DNA of 64,000 nt from Octopus vulgaris (Eukaryota). The notes under the pieces were generated by a model. The model was given only the letters and a program-made list of their open reading frames with translations, did no database searches and was not told where the DNA came from. The stretch lies in NCBI GenBank assembly GCA_951406725.2, contig OX597823.1, forward strand, positions 106,702,001 through 106,766,000. Reading direction: 5' to 3'. This document shows, piece by piece, positions 1 through 14,564 of this stretch. The stretch's first letter is position 1. Each line of letters starts with the position of its first letter. A program made the position numbers and the translations under genes.

Positions 1-58
1 CCGCCGCAACCACAACTAAATCTACCATCAACTACCTACCATCACCATCACCATCATC

Positions 59-89
<31 letters not shown>

Positions 90-92
90 CCA

Positions 93-126
<34 letters not shown>

Positions 127-684
127 ATAAATACTATTTCCACAACCAATCTCCTCTCTCAATCACCATTACTTCCACAATCACCAAACTACTATCTAAC
201 CACTGTCTTCTCCCTTATCACGCACACACCCTTCCTTTTCTCTTCCTTACACTCAGTTCCTCTCTCTCCATCCCTCTCTCTCTCCCTCTCTCTCCGCCCC
301 TCTCTATATCTATCTTACTCTTTCTATGTCTTCTTCCTCTCTTTACATTAGTTATTTCTCATGGGACCTTGAAATGTCTTCCTGCCGGGTGACACATGAC
401 AAATTTGTTATATTTTATATTCTGAAAAAAGAAAAAAAAGAATAAGAAAAACAGAAAACAAACCCTTTACCACCTCCGACTTCCATTCCTCCTCCTCCTC
501 CTTCTCCTTCTACGCCACTCATCCTCTTCCTTCCACCATCCACACTCCACCATGTAAGTAGGGGGTTATGAATATTTCCCATTCATTATCTCTCACTCAC
601 TATTATCATATCAATCCCTTTCTCTAAACACTTACAATGATAATAGAAAGACAAATTATAAAATATTACTTGTAAAAAAAAAAT

Positions 685-715
<31 letters not shown>

Positions 716-769
716 TGGTCAAATAATAATTATTTTATAATGACGCTATTAGAAATTATCATTACGACA

Positions 770-1075
770 AACACTTTTCTCTTTGGCCAATCCCTGATCA
801 ACTTCAAGTTTCACGTGAAAAGGAAAATAAGGGTAGGCGGGAAGGGTATTGTAGCCAATTTGCTGAAAGGTGGATGAAAGTGGCGAGAATGGTGCGGGTG
901 AACAGGCCTGGTCTGAGCATACGACTGTAGTTGAAAACAAAAATGATAAAGGAAAGGAAAAAAGGCTCCAACCCCACAAGTCAGAGTACCCATGGTTTTA
1001 TGGGGTACTTCTATGAGCAACCTTCGAACGTCTCCTCGCTATTGAGAGTTACTCATTGTTGATTTAAAAAAAAAT
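770..1075 (+). mobile_element. Probable 3' end of a non-LTR retrotransposon (L1/Tx1-like ORF2 C-terminus relic, 3' UTR and A-tail)
   Basis: Frameshifted coding-like stretch (..FHVKRKIRV../..FAERWMKVARMVRVNRPGLSIRL*) ending in a stop, followed by a UTR-like segment and an A-run near 1066-1074. Family assignment is by resemblance only. Confidence 0.35.
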
Positions 1076-1113
1076 TGTTGGTCTCGTTTACACGCAAAAT
1101 CCTCTCACAACAC

Positions 1114-1310
1114 ATTCATCCTTTCGGGGTCGATAAATTAAGTACTAGTGAAACACTGGGGTCGATGTAATCGGCTAATCTCCCTCACAAAATGGCTGCC
1201 CTTGTGGTAAAATTTGAAGCCACATCCTTTCAGAGGTCTATGAAATAAGTACCAGTTGAGTACTGGTGTCGATATAATCGACTAGCCCACACCCCAAGGT
1301 TTCAGGTATT
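1114..1310 (+). mobile_element. SINE family C, two tandem 3' fragments
   Basis: ttcatcctttcggggtcgataaattaagtac...ctggggtcgatgtaatcg motif shared with 2370-2610, 26990-27207 and 62111-62497. Confidence 0.75.
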
Positions 1311-1327
1311 GTGCTATAGTAGAAAGG

Positions 1328-1513
<186 letters not shown>

Positions 1514-1514
1514 C

Positions 1515-1892
1515 TATGTTTGACTTTTGCTTTACATTTTTACAAGTTGGCTCCAAGTCTCACCCAGAGACCTCAAGAGACAACAAGTTGGAAGTTCATG
1601 TTGGTGTTATGCCTAGGGTGCTATATTTGGTCAAAAGGTCCCTAAATAAAGGTTGTTTAACAACGTTGAACGAAACACCAATGTTTCCAGAGGTGAATAA
1701 TTCAAACTGCAGTGAATTCCTCCTCACAACACATGGTTATGATACTCGCGCACTACTTCTGCTCGTGATCAGAGATGCACATATCGTCGGCCACTAAGGG
1801 ACATAGTCAACTGGTTAAGGTCAAACAACTGGAAAGCAAATCTGTGGTATTAAACAGAATATTTACTGTAGTTCATCTTTTACATCAAGACA
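1515..1892 (-). mobile_element. (AAT)n-embedded repeat family member with an alternative 3' tail
   Basis: About 1630-1892 is the reverse complement of about 39810-40075; 1515-1630 is a different tail ending in (AAT)n; (TTA)n on both sides. Confidence 0.8.
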
Positions 1893-1928
1893 ATTATTAT
1901 TATTATTATTATTAGTAGTAGTAGTATA

Positions 1929-2250
1929 TGAGACCACCTTCGGTCACGACACTGACAATGGGATTGCACCTAGAAAGTTACCAGGCCATAATTCCGGGCA
2001 AGGTTGTTGATGGAAGACCAGCAGTTGCCTATGCATACCGGCCTTCCCTCTCCACACCACCAGGGAAAGGCAAAGGGGCCGATACAGCTTGGCACCTGCG
2101 ACGTCGCAACTCATTTCTACAGCTGAGTGAACTAGAGCAACGTGAAATAGAGTGCCTTGCTCAAGAACACAACACGCAGCTCGGTCCGGGATTTGAGCTC
2201 ACAACCTCACGATCGTGAGCTCGACGCTCTAACCACTGAGCCATGCGCCT
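1929..2250 (-). mobile_element. tRNA-derived SINE family B, near full length
   Basis: Minus strand begins ggcgcaTGGCTCAGTGGttagagc (A box) ... gagctcaaatccc (B-box-like), then ttgtgttcttgagcaaggcact central domain; 3' part matches 43865-44108. Confidence 0.85.
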
Positions 2251-2276
2251 TCAGTTATTATTAATATTATTATCAA

Positions 2277-2357
<81 letters not shown>

Positions 2358-2369
2358 CACTATTAGCTG

Positions 2370-2610
2370 CCACCGGGCTCGACTTTGGCTTTCATCCTTT
2401 TGAAGTCGATAAAATAAATACCCCGAAATTGTTGACCTAGTGCCAAAATTTGAAGTCAGTATTATTATTATTATCATCAACTGCCGCCGGAGTCGACTTT
2501 GCCTTTCATCCTTTCCGGGTCGATAAAATACGTATCTGCTGGGTGCTGGGGTCGATGTAATCCACTTTCTTCCTCTCCAAGATCTCAGGCCTATAGTAGA
2601 AAGGGTTATC
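2370..2610 (+). mobile_element. SINE family C, two partial copies between (TTA)n tracts
   Basis: gactttgcctttcatcctt...gtcgataaa motif present twice. Confidence 0.75.
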
Positions 2611-2989
2611 ATTATTAACTATAATAACTGATATTTTAACCGATCCCCTTCGTATTTTTGACAAGAATGTCAAGGGATTAAGAGTGACCTCTAGACATTT
2701 ATTTACTTCATAGATATCTTTCTTTCTATCTCTCTCTCTCCGTTTCACTCTCCCCCTCTCTCTAACTATCTTCTCCTTCGGCGCTCCATTGGCTGCCCAT
2801 GGGTGAAGTTAAAATACTATCAACATACCACGGTAATTACAGTTAATATTTATTCTAGAAAGTAACTGACGACATTCCAGAAACTATTAATTTCATTTTG
2901 GGTGTCCCCTCCTTATTCTAGTTATTGTTGCATGTGAGTGTGTACTTGTCAGTATATGTGTATACATAATACTTACACATACACACACA

Positions 2990-3030
<41 letters not shown>

Positions 3031-4524
3031 TACATGTATATATACATTTGTGTATATGTATGTACATTATGTATTACACACATACATAAAATCGTATATG
3101 TGTGTATGTGTGTGCGTGCGTGTGTATACTTACAGTAGTGTTCTCGTTGTTTTTCTTTTCATTCCCTTACCCCTTTCTTTGTAAAGGTCAAACTTTTGAC
3201 CAACGAAACGTATGTAATTAAATTTGCATTTATGTTAGAATGATTGAGAAAAGGGATCCACACATAAATATGTCTGTTTAGTCCCAATTATGTCTTTTTA
3301 GTATTCTGCTCGGACAACGAGAAAATGTCTTACACATTTTGTTTACCAAATTTCTGCTAGTCGTGAATTATAGTTTCAGTTTCCTCTAACCTGAACTCTT
3401 TACCCCCTACCTATACCCCCTACTCTTCCACCTAATCTAACCTCCCCCACCATCCAGTGCTCTGCACTTCGTTATCGACTGGTTTCACGTGATTCTTTCA
3501 TATATTTACACGTCTTCAGTTTTACGCCACGTTTTAATACCATGTACAGTTCTCTCAATAACAAGCACAACTCGTTGTGACACACGCACATCGGGCACTC
3601 CGCCGTACTGTGAATACACTAGTAGCAAAAGATAGAGGGAAAGGCTGTCTGTCCCGGGGCGATGCTTTAATGAGGGCGGCACTTTTGGGTCTGCTGTATA
3701 ACACTGTATAGGTTGTATTGCTAAGTTGTGGGGGAAATATGTGTCAAACTCAAGGGCTACTCTAGGCAGCGCACATTCTGGTTATGCCTTGTACACCCTT
3801 CCAAACCCGTCTGCTTATTCACTACACTACTCTGTTCATGCAATACAATACACCAGTCGTACACCATACCGTGCAACGGTTTTCATAAATTACGGCAAAC
3901 TGCATTACTCTGTTGATACCCCACTCCACACTATATAATAGTTTTTCGCACAACATATCGGAGTAGTGATAGACTAAACAATACCATTTACGCACTACAC
4001 CATCTCAGCTATACACAGCACCTCATTGGTTATTTCAACCATGAAATTCTTAATTGCTTGAAATATTCTGCCTTTACCATGCAGTGTAACAAAAATTATT
4101 AATAAGATTTTGTTTTCTTTTGCTGAAAGTAAATTATCATAAATTAACAATTTGCTGTGTACAATATTATTTAGTCGTGCCTATTCTAAATCGACCCAGT
4201 CAATCTCAAACCGGCCCAGCCCAGCCCGGCACAAGCCAGCACATCCCATTGAATTTTCAAGACAAATTTTTGCAACAAACCCTTTTGAATCACATTCATA
4301 GCACTTTTTTGTCATATCCACGGCCAAGAATCTACTAAGCTCTTTCTGTATGTCCGTTACTTTCTTGACGAAAATCATGGCATGCGCTTTGCTGATAATT
4401 CAAAACTGATGCTGAAACGCATCTGAGCTTTCTTTCGTCTCCAAGAAAGAACTGATAGTTTGGCTATTCATTCAATCACGAAATTTCTCGAAATTATCAC
4501 CCCTTCCAGCATATGAGAATATTT

Positions 4525-4655
4525 ATTTCTTTATTGTCCACAGAAGGCTAAAAATTGGGGGGACAAACAGGGACAGACAAAAGGATTAAGTCGATTACAT
4601 CGACCACAGTGCATAACTGGTACTTATTTAATCGATCCCGGAAGGATGAAAAGCA
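4525..4655 (-). mobile_element. SINE family C 3' fragment
   Basis: gtcgattacatcgacc..agtgc..aactggtactta..atcga.ccc.gaaggatgaaa is the reverse complement of the family C core. Confidence 0.7.
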
Positions 4656-5018
4656 TTCATGCCACTACCCACTTTCAGCTCTTGTCTCTAAGTTAATTTC
4701 TCTCTCTCTCTCACATACACATACTCACACACGCTCATACACACATGCAGAGACACACATATGCGCGTATGGGTGTTGATGAATATATGCACACATATAT
4801 TTGCATATCTCCATACATAATTAGTGGGCAAAAGCAGCTACAAAGAACACAAAATCAAAAAACAAATACAAACGATATGTGAAAAGGATGAAAAGAAGAG
4901 AGAATTGCATTTTTCTTTTTTTGCGGTTTCATTGGTCGATTCTTCAGAATTGTAATTCTGTAGATTCGATAAATGAGACTTCACTAAATGTAATTTTGCA
5001 TTGTTTTCGGCTTTATGT

Positions 5019-5091
<73 letters not shown>

Positions 5092-6427
5092 ACACACATA
5101 TCTATCTATCTCTATATATGTATATGCATGTATGTATGTATATATATATATGCATGTATGTGTGTATATATATACACTCACTCTTATATATGTACATGCA
5201 TTTATACATCCATGCATCTACATATATAGGGCTAACTCATAATCATATAAAGATATTTCAATATTCAAGCAAGTGTGTGCGTATATGTGTGTGTGTGTAC
5301 TTCATGTGTACGTCTATGCATTTGTGAACCACACAGATACCGTGGCGCATATATTCGCACATGTGCAATATAGCATACATGAACGTAATTTTACGTATAC
5401 ATGTGCATGTAAATAGCATGTATGTATAAACGTCTATATACATACTAATACAATAATATGCGTTCATATTTGGTAACCGCACAGGGATACGCCTACAATC
5501 ACATCCACACAACCACACACACACACACACACATGGACACACGCATACATAACTTTAGTTAATTTTTCACATTCATAAGCCTTCCGTCACACATATATGC
5601 GCGTCCGTGCAAGCACATAAAATGGCTGATACGCATGTGCAAACACACATAAACGCACGCACACACACACGCACAATCTGACAGTGACATATATACAAAT
5701 ACACACCTTATTCTCTGTTACAGTATGCACGTTACACTCACACACAGCCATATCAAATCTTGACCTAATTCCCAAAATTCAATTTATGTCCATTCAGTGA
5801 CTGGAGTTGGCCGAGAGAGAAGTGGATTTGGGACAGTACAATGTCTTGTGGACTTTTTACTTGAATAAATTCAATTTGTAATGGTGTGTGCTACTCAAAC
5901 TGGTGGGTGGGGAGAAGTGATGGCAGTGAAGATCTCGCAAAGGAGATGATGAACGTTCGAATTAGTTCTATAACCAAATAATTCGTTGATGTGGAATGTA
6001 ATGGTTTTGGAATGCAAGGAAATTAATGTAAATATGGCATCGTTAGAATTAAACAAGGTTTGAAATAAATGCACCGTGCTTTCGCCAGTACGGAAGTCCA
6101 GGTATTGGAATATTCTGAGCTTTTTTTCATATTTTAACGACGAATATTGTCAAGAGAGACGACTCCTCGGTGTCCTTAATTTGCAGATTTATCGATATTT
6201 TTTCTTTTATTATTCCTTTGGTAATTTAAATCAATGTAAAATTAATTCAAGCAATGATTGGAAATCCCTTGAGGGTGGAATCCCGTTTGTCCGTTAAAGG
6301 AACGATGGAGGAATGGAAATACTGTGAGGATGGTGATGAGATGTATAGAGGAAATATGGTTTTGTAATGAAATATCTCTAGCTACAATAAACACTGGTAT
6401 TATCGCCTATTACATGTGGATTTCGAA

Positions 6428-6560
6428 GACGTGTAGCCTAGAGCTTATGCTGTTAGACTCCCGATCGTAAAGTTGTGGGTTCGAGATTCGTAATAGGTGA
6501 TATAATGTGTTCATGCGAGAGGCACTTCATGTTACACCAGTACACTCAGCTAAAAATAAC
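6428..6560 (+). mobile_element. Degenerate SINE family B head
   Basis: tRNA-like head with ggttcgaga B box, followed by aggcact...cactcagct as in 1929-2250. Confidence 0.55.
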
Positions 6561-6689
6561 ATGAATCTGCTTCAGAGTAGTCCTTGCAGCCTGTTTGTCT
6601 AAAATTTTGGAACCGCAAGATTCTGCCAGCTCGCCGCCTTAAGAATAATAATAATGATAATAATAGTGGTGATGATGATGATGATGATA

Positions 6690-6930
6690 AAAAAGCAATG
6701 TGTTTCATTGACCATAGAAATCTAAAATTTTGAGTACAATATGAAAGGACTAACTACAAGACATCGAGTTTACATCGATCGAACAAGGATATAGAAATAA
6801 AATTCCAATAAACATCTAACTAGAAAGAAATCTCCAATTATTGGTCACTCTGCCAAGAGTTCTTAGAAGAAACCTAACTCAAACGACCCGGTTTATTCTT
6901 CCATCTCCAAGGCCTTGAATGTGCCGTCAT
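6690..6930 (+). mobile_element. Possible C-terminal relic of an RLE-type (R4/Dong-like) non-LTR element
   Basis: Follows an (AAT/GAT)n tract; one frame reads ..LQLLVTLPRVLRRNL, resembling the terminal LLGTA.ILR.VL motif of RLE-clade ORFs. Confidence 0.35.
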
Positions 6931-7872
6931 CCAATTTCTTTTCTGTTAAACGTACTCAGCATAAGCTTATTCAGACTTAGCCATTTTCCTTTACCCTTCC
7001 CCCAAAACATACTAGAAAGCAGCATCTCTCTTTCTACCGTTAAATTCCTCTTCAAATGGTACTTGAAGAATTTGCCAGTGAAGACAATGACTGTCTTCAA
7101 AAATTTCAGGCAACATCTTTTCCTAGAGTCACTAACCAGAGGAAGATTTTTTCACCCTGCAAAAGGAATGTTGTTCGTTGATATCCTCAATATTCTCAGC
7201 TGACAGCCGGAGTTGTCCTACATGTGACATCAGCTGTTTGAAATGAGCCACTCATGCACGGACATTGAGTGATGGCACGCAGGATAGTTTCGCTACCATG
7301 CACGCGTCTCGAACAGATTCATCTGTCAGCGCTTCTGTTCTTAGAGGACTACACGTCTCGGACAAGTAATTCTACTTTTACCCCACCATTTCACAGCCAT
7401 TCTGAAGAGTTTTGGAAGTTGTTCGTAGTCCCTTGCTTGAAAACCCTTCAGAAGAGATTGCTCTGTATTGTTATGCTTTCGTTATTCTGTGTAACGTCTT
7501 TCTTTTTTATTTCATAATTTTCAGTTTTCGAGTGAACGACTCGAATAGATTTTGAATGAAAGTAGACATTTTTTTTTCCAGAAAATGAAGAGTAATGATG
7601 CATATTAGGCATAAATTGAGTGTATATTTAACAGAAAACCATAATAATATTACAACATTTATTGGCATAATAAATTATTTAGCCACATAAACGCCAAGGA
7701 AGAAGCGATCCGATTGTGGGATCACCAAGACTGTAACAACTAGGGATTTAAGGGATATTGGCCGCAAGTTTTAGATCTCTAAGCGAGAAATATAGTAACA
7801 GTATCGTACTGTAAAGTCTATTTGTCAACGCAACGTGGCAGTCCTACATAGGACGATACACACACACATATA

Positions 7873-8140
7873 TTCTTTTATTTGTTTCAGTCATTTGATT
7901 GAGGCCATTGACTGAGGCCTTACGGAGGTTTAGCTGAACGAATGGTGGCGGGGGACAAACACAGTCACAAACACACAAAGATATACATATATATATACGC
8001 TCACGACGGGCTTTTTTCAGTTTCCTTCTACCATATACACTCACAAGGCTTTGGTCGGCCAGAGGCTATAGTAGGAGACACTCAGTGGGGCTGAATCCGG
8101 TACTAAGCAAGTTTCTTACTACACACCAACTCCTGTGCCT
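7873..8140 (-). mobile_element. SINE family A, internally deleted
   Basis: Reverse complement of 20277-20690 (tttcagtcatttga..., cacaaggctttggtcggcc, cctgtgcct). Confidence 0.8.
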
Positions 8141-8142
8141 AC

Positions 8143-8603
<461 letters not shown>

Positions 8604-9450
8604 CTACCGGGAGACTTTGTGTTTCCCAGCAAAGGAGTTTTGTTTTGTAGGTTATTTTTTTCTTTTCCAGGTTATTTCGCATGCTTTCATCGAATGTGAC
8701 ATCGAAATCATGCATAAACGGGTGCTTTCCCCAGGAAAGGATATATTTGCCTGCTATTTCTTGCACACACTGCTACCATGTAACAGGTATTTCAGGTCCG
8801 TTATCGCAAATAGCTGTTACGTGATAGAAATAGCAGCAAAATATTTGGAGGTAAGATAGGTTGAATGCACTCGAAAAAAATGGATGGAAAAAATTATTTC
8901 AAACCGGGGTTACGAACGGGTCTTTCACAAAATATTTACCGTGTTTATAAAGCCATTTTCACTTTAAAATATTCTTTGAATATGCCAAAACAATGTTTGT
9001 AATGGTATTCACTTGAAAATAACTTTAAAAAACATAAAACATTGTCTGTTTAATGAAAGCTAGAATATAAATACTTACTGTACAAACTACTTACATTTTT
9101 GAAATCACATCCACTTTAAAATATTTCTAAATATTGTGTAAATATTGTGTTTAACAAAAGCGAAAATAGAAACACTTACGTAATTTTTCGTTGTCAAGTC
9201 ACTAATCTAAAGGTTTCTTCCCTTTCAGGATTAAATTATTTTCGGAACATTTCCCATTATGCACCGTTTTGGGTATTTATACCCCGAAAACACCTAATAT
9301 CTTTACAACCGTTTGTCAGATTTACGCGAAATTTGTCTTCATTCGTTCGTATTTACATTTCAGGGTACTTAATTCATAGTATTTTCCCATCATGCGCCAC
9401 TTTTACTGGGTAACATTGCTAGCAAGCAAGATTCAAGTTGACTTTTAATG

Positions 9451-9454
<4 letters not shown>

Positions 9455-9540
<86 letters not shown>

Positions 9541-9670
9541 ATCTATATATATATATACATATATATATACATATATATACATATATATATGTATGTATGT
9601 ATGTATATATATATATATGTGTGTGTATATATATATATATAAACACACACACACACACACACACACACAT
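9455..9670. repeat. Compound (TATC)n/(TA)n/(CA)n microsatellite
   Basis: Direct reading. Confidence 0.95.
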
Positions 9671-10039
9671 ATGTATTCGTATATTCTTTAAGTTTGTGTA
9701 TGTGTGTGCGCGGACGCATGTGTGTCTGTACGTGTGCGTGTATGTGTACGGTAGTCACACATGGGACTGTCAATTACATAGGTATTTCTCTCTAACTATA
9801 ATTTCTGCCTCTTCATTATACGTCACAATTCCACCAATAAAAGCAACAGTAGCAACAACAACAACAACAACAACAAAGTAATCAATCAGTTACGCTATAC
9901 GTTACTTACCTAAAAATTATCTGCAGACATGCTAGAACTGCTTGCATGTCTATAGATATCACATGCTAGGTGTTCTGCAGAAAGAAGACTTGTATATACA
10001 TACAAACACACTCGTAGTCACACGCACATGTGAACCCCT

Positions 10040-10875
10040 ACACACACACATATACACACATACATACACACATACGTACATACATACATACATACATACA
10101 TACATACATACATACATACATACATACACACATTCATATATACATGCATGCATGCATACATACATACATGCATGCATACATACATACATACACACATACA
10201 TACATACATACACACATTCATATATACATGCATGCATGCATGCATACATACATACATGCATGCATACATACATACATGCATACATACATACATGTATACA
10301 TACATACATGCATAGATACATACATACATACACACATTCATATATATATGCATGCATACATACATACATGCATGCATACATACACACATGCATACATACA
10401 TATATACATGCATGCATGTATACATCCATCCATTCATACATACATTCATAAATACATCCATCCATACATACATACATTCATACATACATACATACATACA
10501 TACATACACACATGCATACACACATGCATACATACGTACATACATACATGCATACATACACATATATACATACATACACACATGCATACATACATACATA
10601 CATACATACATTCATCCATACATCCATACATTCATACATACATACAAACATACAAGCACACATGCATACATACATATATACACACATGCATACATATGTA
10701 CATACATACATACATACACACATGCATACATACATATATACATACATACATACACATACACACATGCATACATACATACATACATTCATACATACATACA
10801 TACATACATACATACATACATACATACATACATACATACATACACGCATATATACATACATGTAAACATGCATGC
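10040..10875. repeat. Long degenerate (CATA)n tract
   Basis: Direct reading; source of the HTYI/MYVC ORFs. Confidence 0.97.
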
Positions 10876-11124
10876 AAATATAAAAACGCATCTTATATAG
10901 ACATGCATCATGTTCCAGAATTGCTATGAACCTATTAGCAAATTGATTATGCACTGGTGCTGTTGTTGTTATTACTGCTGCTGTTATTCGTTGACATAGA
11001 TGTTATTGTTGTAGGTGGTTGGTGACTTTTTTATGAGAATATATTTTTCTGGCATTATTTCCAGCAATATGATGGGTTATTATGTCTTGGTAACGCAATG
11101 AAAATGGATTACACATTTACGTAT

Positions 11125-11302
11125 GTGCATGTATGTATGTATGTATGTATGTATGTATGTATGTATGTATGTATGTATGTATGTATGTATGTATGTATGT
11201 ATGTATGTATGTATGTATGTATGTATGTATGTATGTATGTATGTTTGTATGTAAGTATGTATGTATGAAGTTTGTATCCCAGCCACATGGCCCCAGATTC
11301 AT

Positions 11303-11379
<77 letters not shown>

Positions 11380-11394
11380 TGGCCCCAGATTCAC

Positions 11395-11440
<46 letters not shown>

Positions 11441-11600
11441 CTGTGTGGTTGTGCAGAGTCTTCCTGAAACACGTATGTATGTATGTACGTATTTATGTAT
11501 GTATGTATGTATGTATGTATGCATTATGTATGTATGTATGTATGTATGTATGTATGTATGTATGTATGCATTATGTATGTATGTATGTGTGTATGTATGC
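11125..11600. repeat. (TATG)n/(GATA)n/(GACA)n compound tract with short unique inserts
   Basis: Direct reading. Confidence 0.95.
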
Positions 11601-12050
11601 AGGTATGTCTTTATGAATCAGTAAGCTTATTGACTCACTTTTATGTTTTCCCGATAATATATCAATTTGGTTTTGTCATTGGAAATAGTGATATTAATTT
11701 TGTCATAGTTAAGTGTTGTGGATGTCATTGTTTTTTTCCTTTCGCATAAGTATTTTGTTTTCTAAAATGCAACGACAACAACATGGACAGCAATAGCATC
11801 GGCAACCTTATTTTGATAACACTTGATGAATAGATATGGAGAGCGAGAGATAAATACAAAGAGAATGAGGGAGAGGGAGGGATGGAGAGAGAGAAAGCGA
11901 GAGATAGAGATGAGGAAGAATAACAAAAAGGGAATGATATGCAGATAGCCAGGAGGATACAAAAAATGATCAAATATCAGTGAGAGGGGTTCGTCCTCCG
12001 TCTTCACGAAACTTTAAGCCATATGGAACGGAGTCAAACTGTTATATATA

Positions 12051-13238
12051 AAGGGTGCGTAAGATATTTGAGGACAGATTTATATTTATAAAAAAACAGA
12101 TATATAATAACAGATGACAACTTTATCAAAAAATGTTATGAGGGTAAAAATAAACCTTTTCTATAAAGTTATTCAATAATGCCACCTTCAACCTCAACAA
12201 CTGCTTCTATATGAGGTCTAAATCATCTACATGTTCGAATCAAATGGTCCTGGTTCATTTTGGACATTACTCTGACTATACTATGACAGCTTTCAAAGTA
12301 TCTTTGGTGTTATGGGCGTTTTCATTGATCACTCTCTCTCAAAAACGCTTCCCATGTAATAGTCCAAGGGATTGAGATCTGGGGAATTAGGAGGCCAAAT
12401 ATTAGGGGTTATGTGATAAAAGTTTTCAGCCATTCATTCCTGTGTTACTGTGTGGTTGTGCAGAGTGTTCCTGAAACACATATGGCCTTCCATTGCATAC
12501 ACTGTCTATCCAGGGCTTAACAATTATTTCCAAGACCTCAATGTAGGCGACAGAGTTAACTCTAAGGCTTTGTGGAAAGAAGTAAGGAGGCATCACGTCC
12601 TTCATTGCTTACAACCACTATAACCATGACAGTTGTAGGAAATTTTGTTAACTTTTTATATCTTGGCCGAAGTTCTTCTCGTTTGAGAAAAAGCAAATCA
12701 AATCTTCTGATGGGTTTTTCAGTTTGAAAACATTTTAGATCCAACGTAGTGATTTTCTTTTGTTTTTTTTTTTCTGATAAATTGGCCTTTACTCATCATA
12801 TAAGACTTATATCCAATGTCTTCGTGGACATATCTGACTGTTCCTTCTGACACATGGGTATCTTTTGCAATTGACCTCATGGACTTTCTGGGATTGTAAT
12901 CAATGGTCTGTTGAACTTGCTGGATAAATTCAGGTGTTCTGATGATTTCAGAGCGTTTAGAATGCTTTTTATGCTTTCATACTGGTGATAATTTTCCATC
13001 TTCAGTCTCTAACTCTTTACAAACTTTGCAGACAAAAGATATAGCAACTTTTAAAAATCGAGATATTTCTAAATCTCTTTGTCCAGCCTTTATAACCACA
13101 ATAACAGGATGCCTCTTCATTTCTTGAGTAAGCTGAAGGTCTGCCATTATTATTTTCTGTAACAAAGATTATACAGAGTTAGCAAAAATGCAGCAATGAA
13201 CCCAAAAAGATATGTCGTCAAATACCTTACGCACTCTG
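12051..13238 (-). mobile_element. Tc1/mariner DNA transposon (maT/DD37D-like) with decayed transposase
   Basis: TIRs aagggtgcgtaagatatttgaggaca / tgtcgtcaaataccttacgcactctg with flanking TA. Minus-strand peptide MADLQLTQEMKRH..NPRKSMRSIAK.. and WPPNSPDLNPLDY; stops and frameshifts. Confidence 0.9.
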
Positions 13239-13262
13239 TATGTGCGCATGTATAACCCTAAC

Positions 13263-13492
13263 ATTTAGAAATAGCAGCGAAAGACAGCTTATTCCTTTTT
13301 AGTACAGATATTATTCCACAGATAACAATATTTGTAACTCACATAGGCAAAAGAAGAAAAACAACGAAATCAAACAGTCTTCGATTAATTGTGGACGCGT
13401 TTCTGGGTTAGAATTATACAAATTCATTAAAGTCCTCAGCACAGTGAAAAAGAAGCAATCATTGTATATACATACATATATGCATGCATGTA

Positions 13493-13537
<45 letters not shown>

Positions 13538-13860
13538 TTCATTAACTGTGCTGAGGACGTTAATGAATTTGTATAATTCTAACCCAGAAACGCGTCCACA
13601 ATTAATCGAAGACTGTTTGATTCCGTTGTTTTTCTTCCTTTGCTTATGTGAGTTACAAATATTGTTATCTGTAGAATAATATCTGTAGTAAATAGGAATA
13701 AGCTGTCTTTCGCTGCTATTTCTAAATTTTCGGTGCGCGGGCGCTTTCGTTTAAACGAGGAGTCCTTATCGATATTCTGGGAAATACTATTTGTAAATCT
13801 TTATTTATGTGAAACAATCAACCTATAACAACCATATTGTTTATATCCTAACAATCACCA
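13263..13860. mobile_element. Non-coding PLE-type terminal repeat as an inverted pair (13263-13445 / 13545-13727)
   Basis: About 183-bp inverted arms around a (TA)n-containing spacer; each arm carries a hammerhead motif. Confidence 0.8.
13547..13600 (+). ncRNA. Type I hammerhead ribozyme motif (second copy on minus strand at 13390-13443)
   Basis: tgtg-CTGAGGA-(stem II gtta..gaatt/aattc.taac)-GAAA-cgcgTC-caca; stem III is the palindrome ACGCGT; GUC site. Confidence 0.75.
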
Positions 13861-14356
13861 ACCAAGAAGAAAACTTCGTTGTTAAGTGAAAATATAGATA
13901 AATAAAACTGAAAAAGAAAAAAAGAAAAATCGAGATATATCTGACATGTTGACCTTGTTTTGGTCTATTCAAAATCGACCCCCATTCAGAAGATATATTG
14001 CTTCAATCTGGTAACGTTTGTGTAAAGTTCTTAAATTGATGTTGAGTTATTTCATAAAAAGGAAAATCATTTCAGATAATTTCATAAATCTAACAGTTGA
14101 TGGATGTCTCTTATTTATCAACATTAAAAGAATTGAGTAAATAGTTAGAGAAAAATGTCTTCTGAAATATCTGAATAAAAATGTATTGTAGAGGAAGGCG
14201 GACTTTATTTTGTCAGGTCTTCTCTGTACATGTATGCATGTGTTGATATAGAAAAGCACAGACCAACGCGTATGCATATTGTGGACATACATACATACAT
14301 ACATACATACATACATACATACATACATACACACGTATACACATAAAAAGCCCGTC

Positions 14357-14399
<43 letters not shown>

Positions 14400-14564
14400 A
14401 TTAAACTCCCTCTCTTTCTCTCTAACACTTTGAACTCAATACCAAATTATTTACAATCAAAGTATATTTAAAGAAGACTTTACGAAAAAACTCCGGTTAT
14501 GTTCTAATCACCAGATAGAAGATAAATAGAAACTGTTTTTACTTCAAATTTCAAATTTTTTATT

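Noticed and set aside
3620-3790. GC-richer patch resembling a hAT MITE (gggcggcac)
   Set aside because: No matching TIR pair or TSD was identified.
7010-7570. Possible Tc1-like transposase relic on the minus strand
   Set aside because: No TIRs or diagnostic DDE motifs could be read with confidence.
8655-8860. Candidate exon (polypyrimidine-CAG at about 8671, GTAAGA at about 8851)
   Set aside because: The translation resembles nothing recognisable and no partner exons were found; splice-like words are frequent by chance.
10030-10929. Long ORFs (up to 299 aa) of HTYI/MYVC repeats, and the many poly-I/Y/L/N/S ORFs elsewhere
   Set aside because: They are translations of (CATA)n, (TA)n, (CA)n and trinucleotide microsatellites that lack stops by composition.
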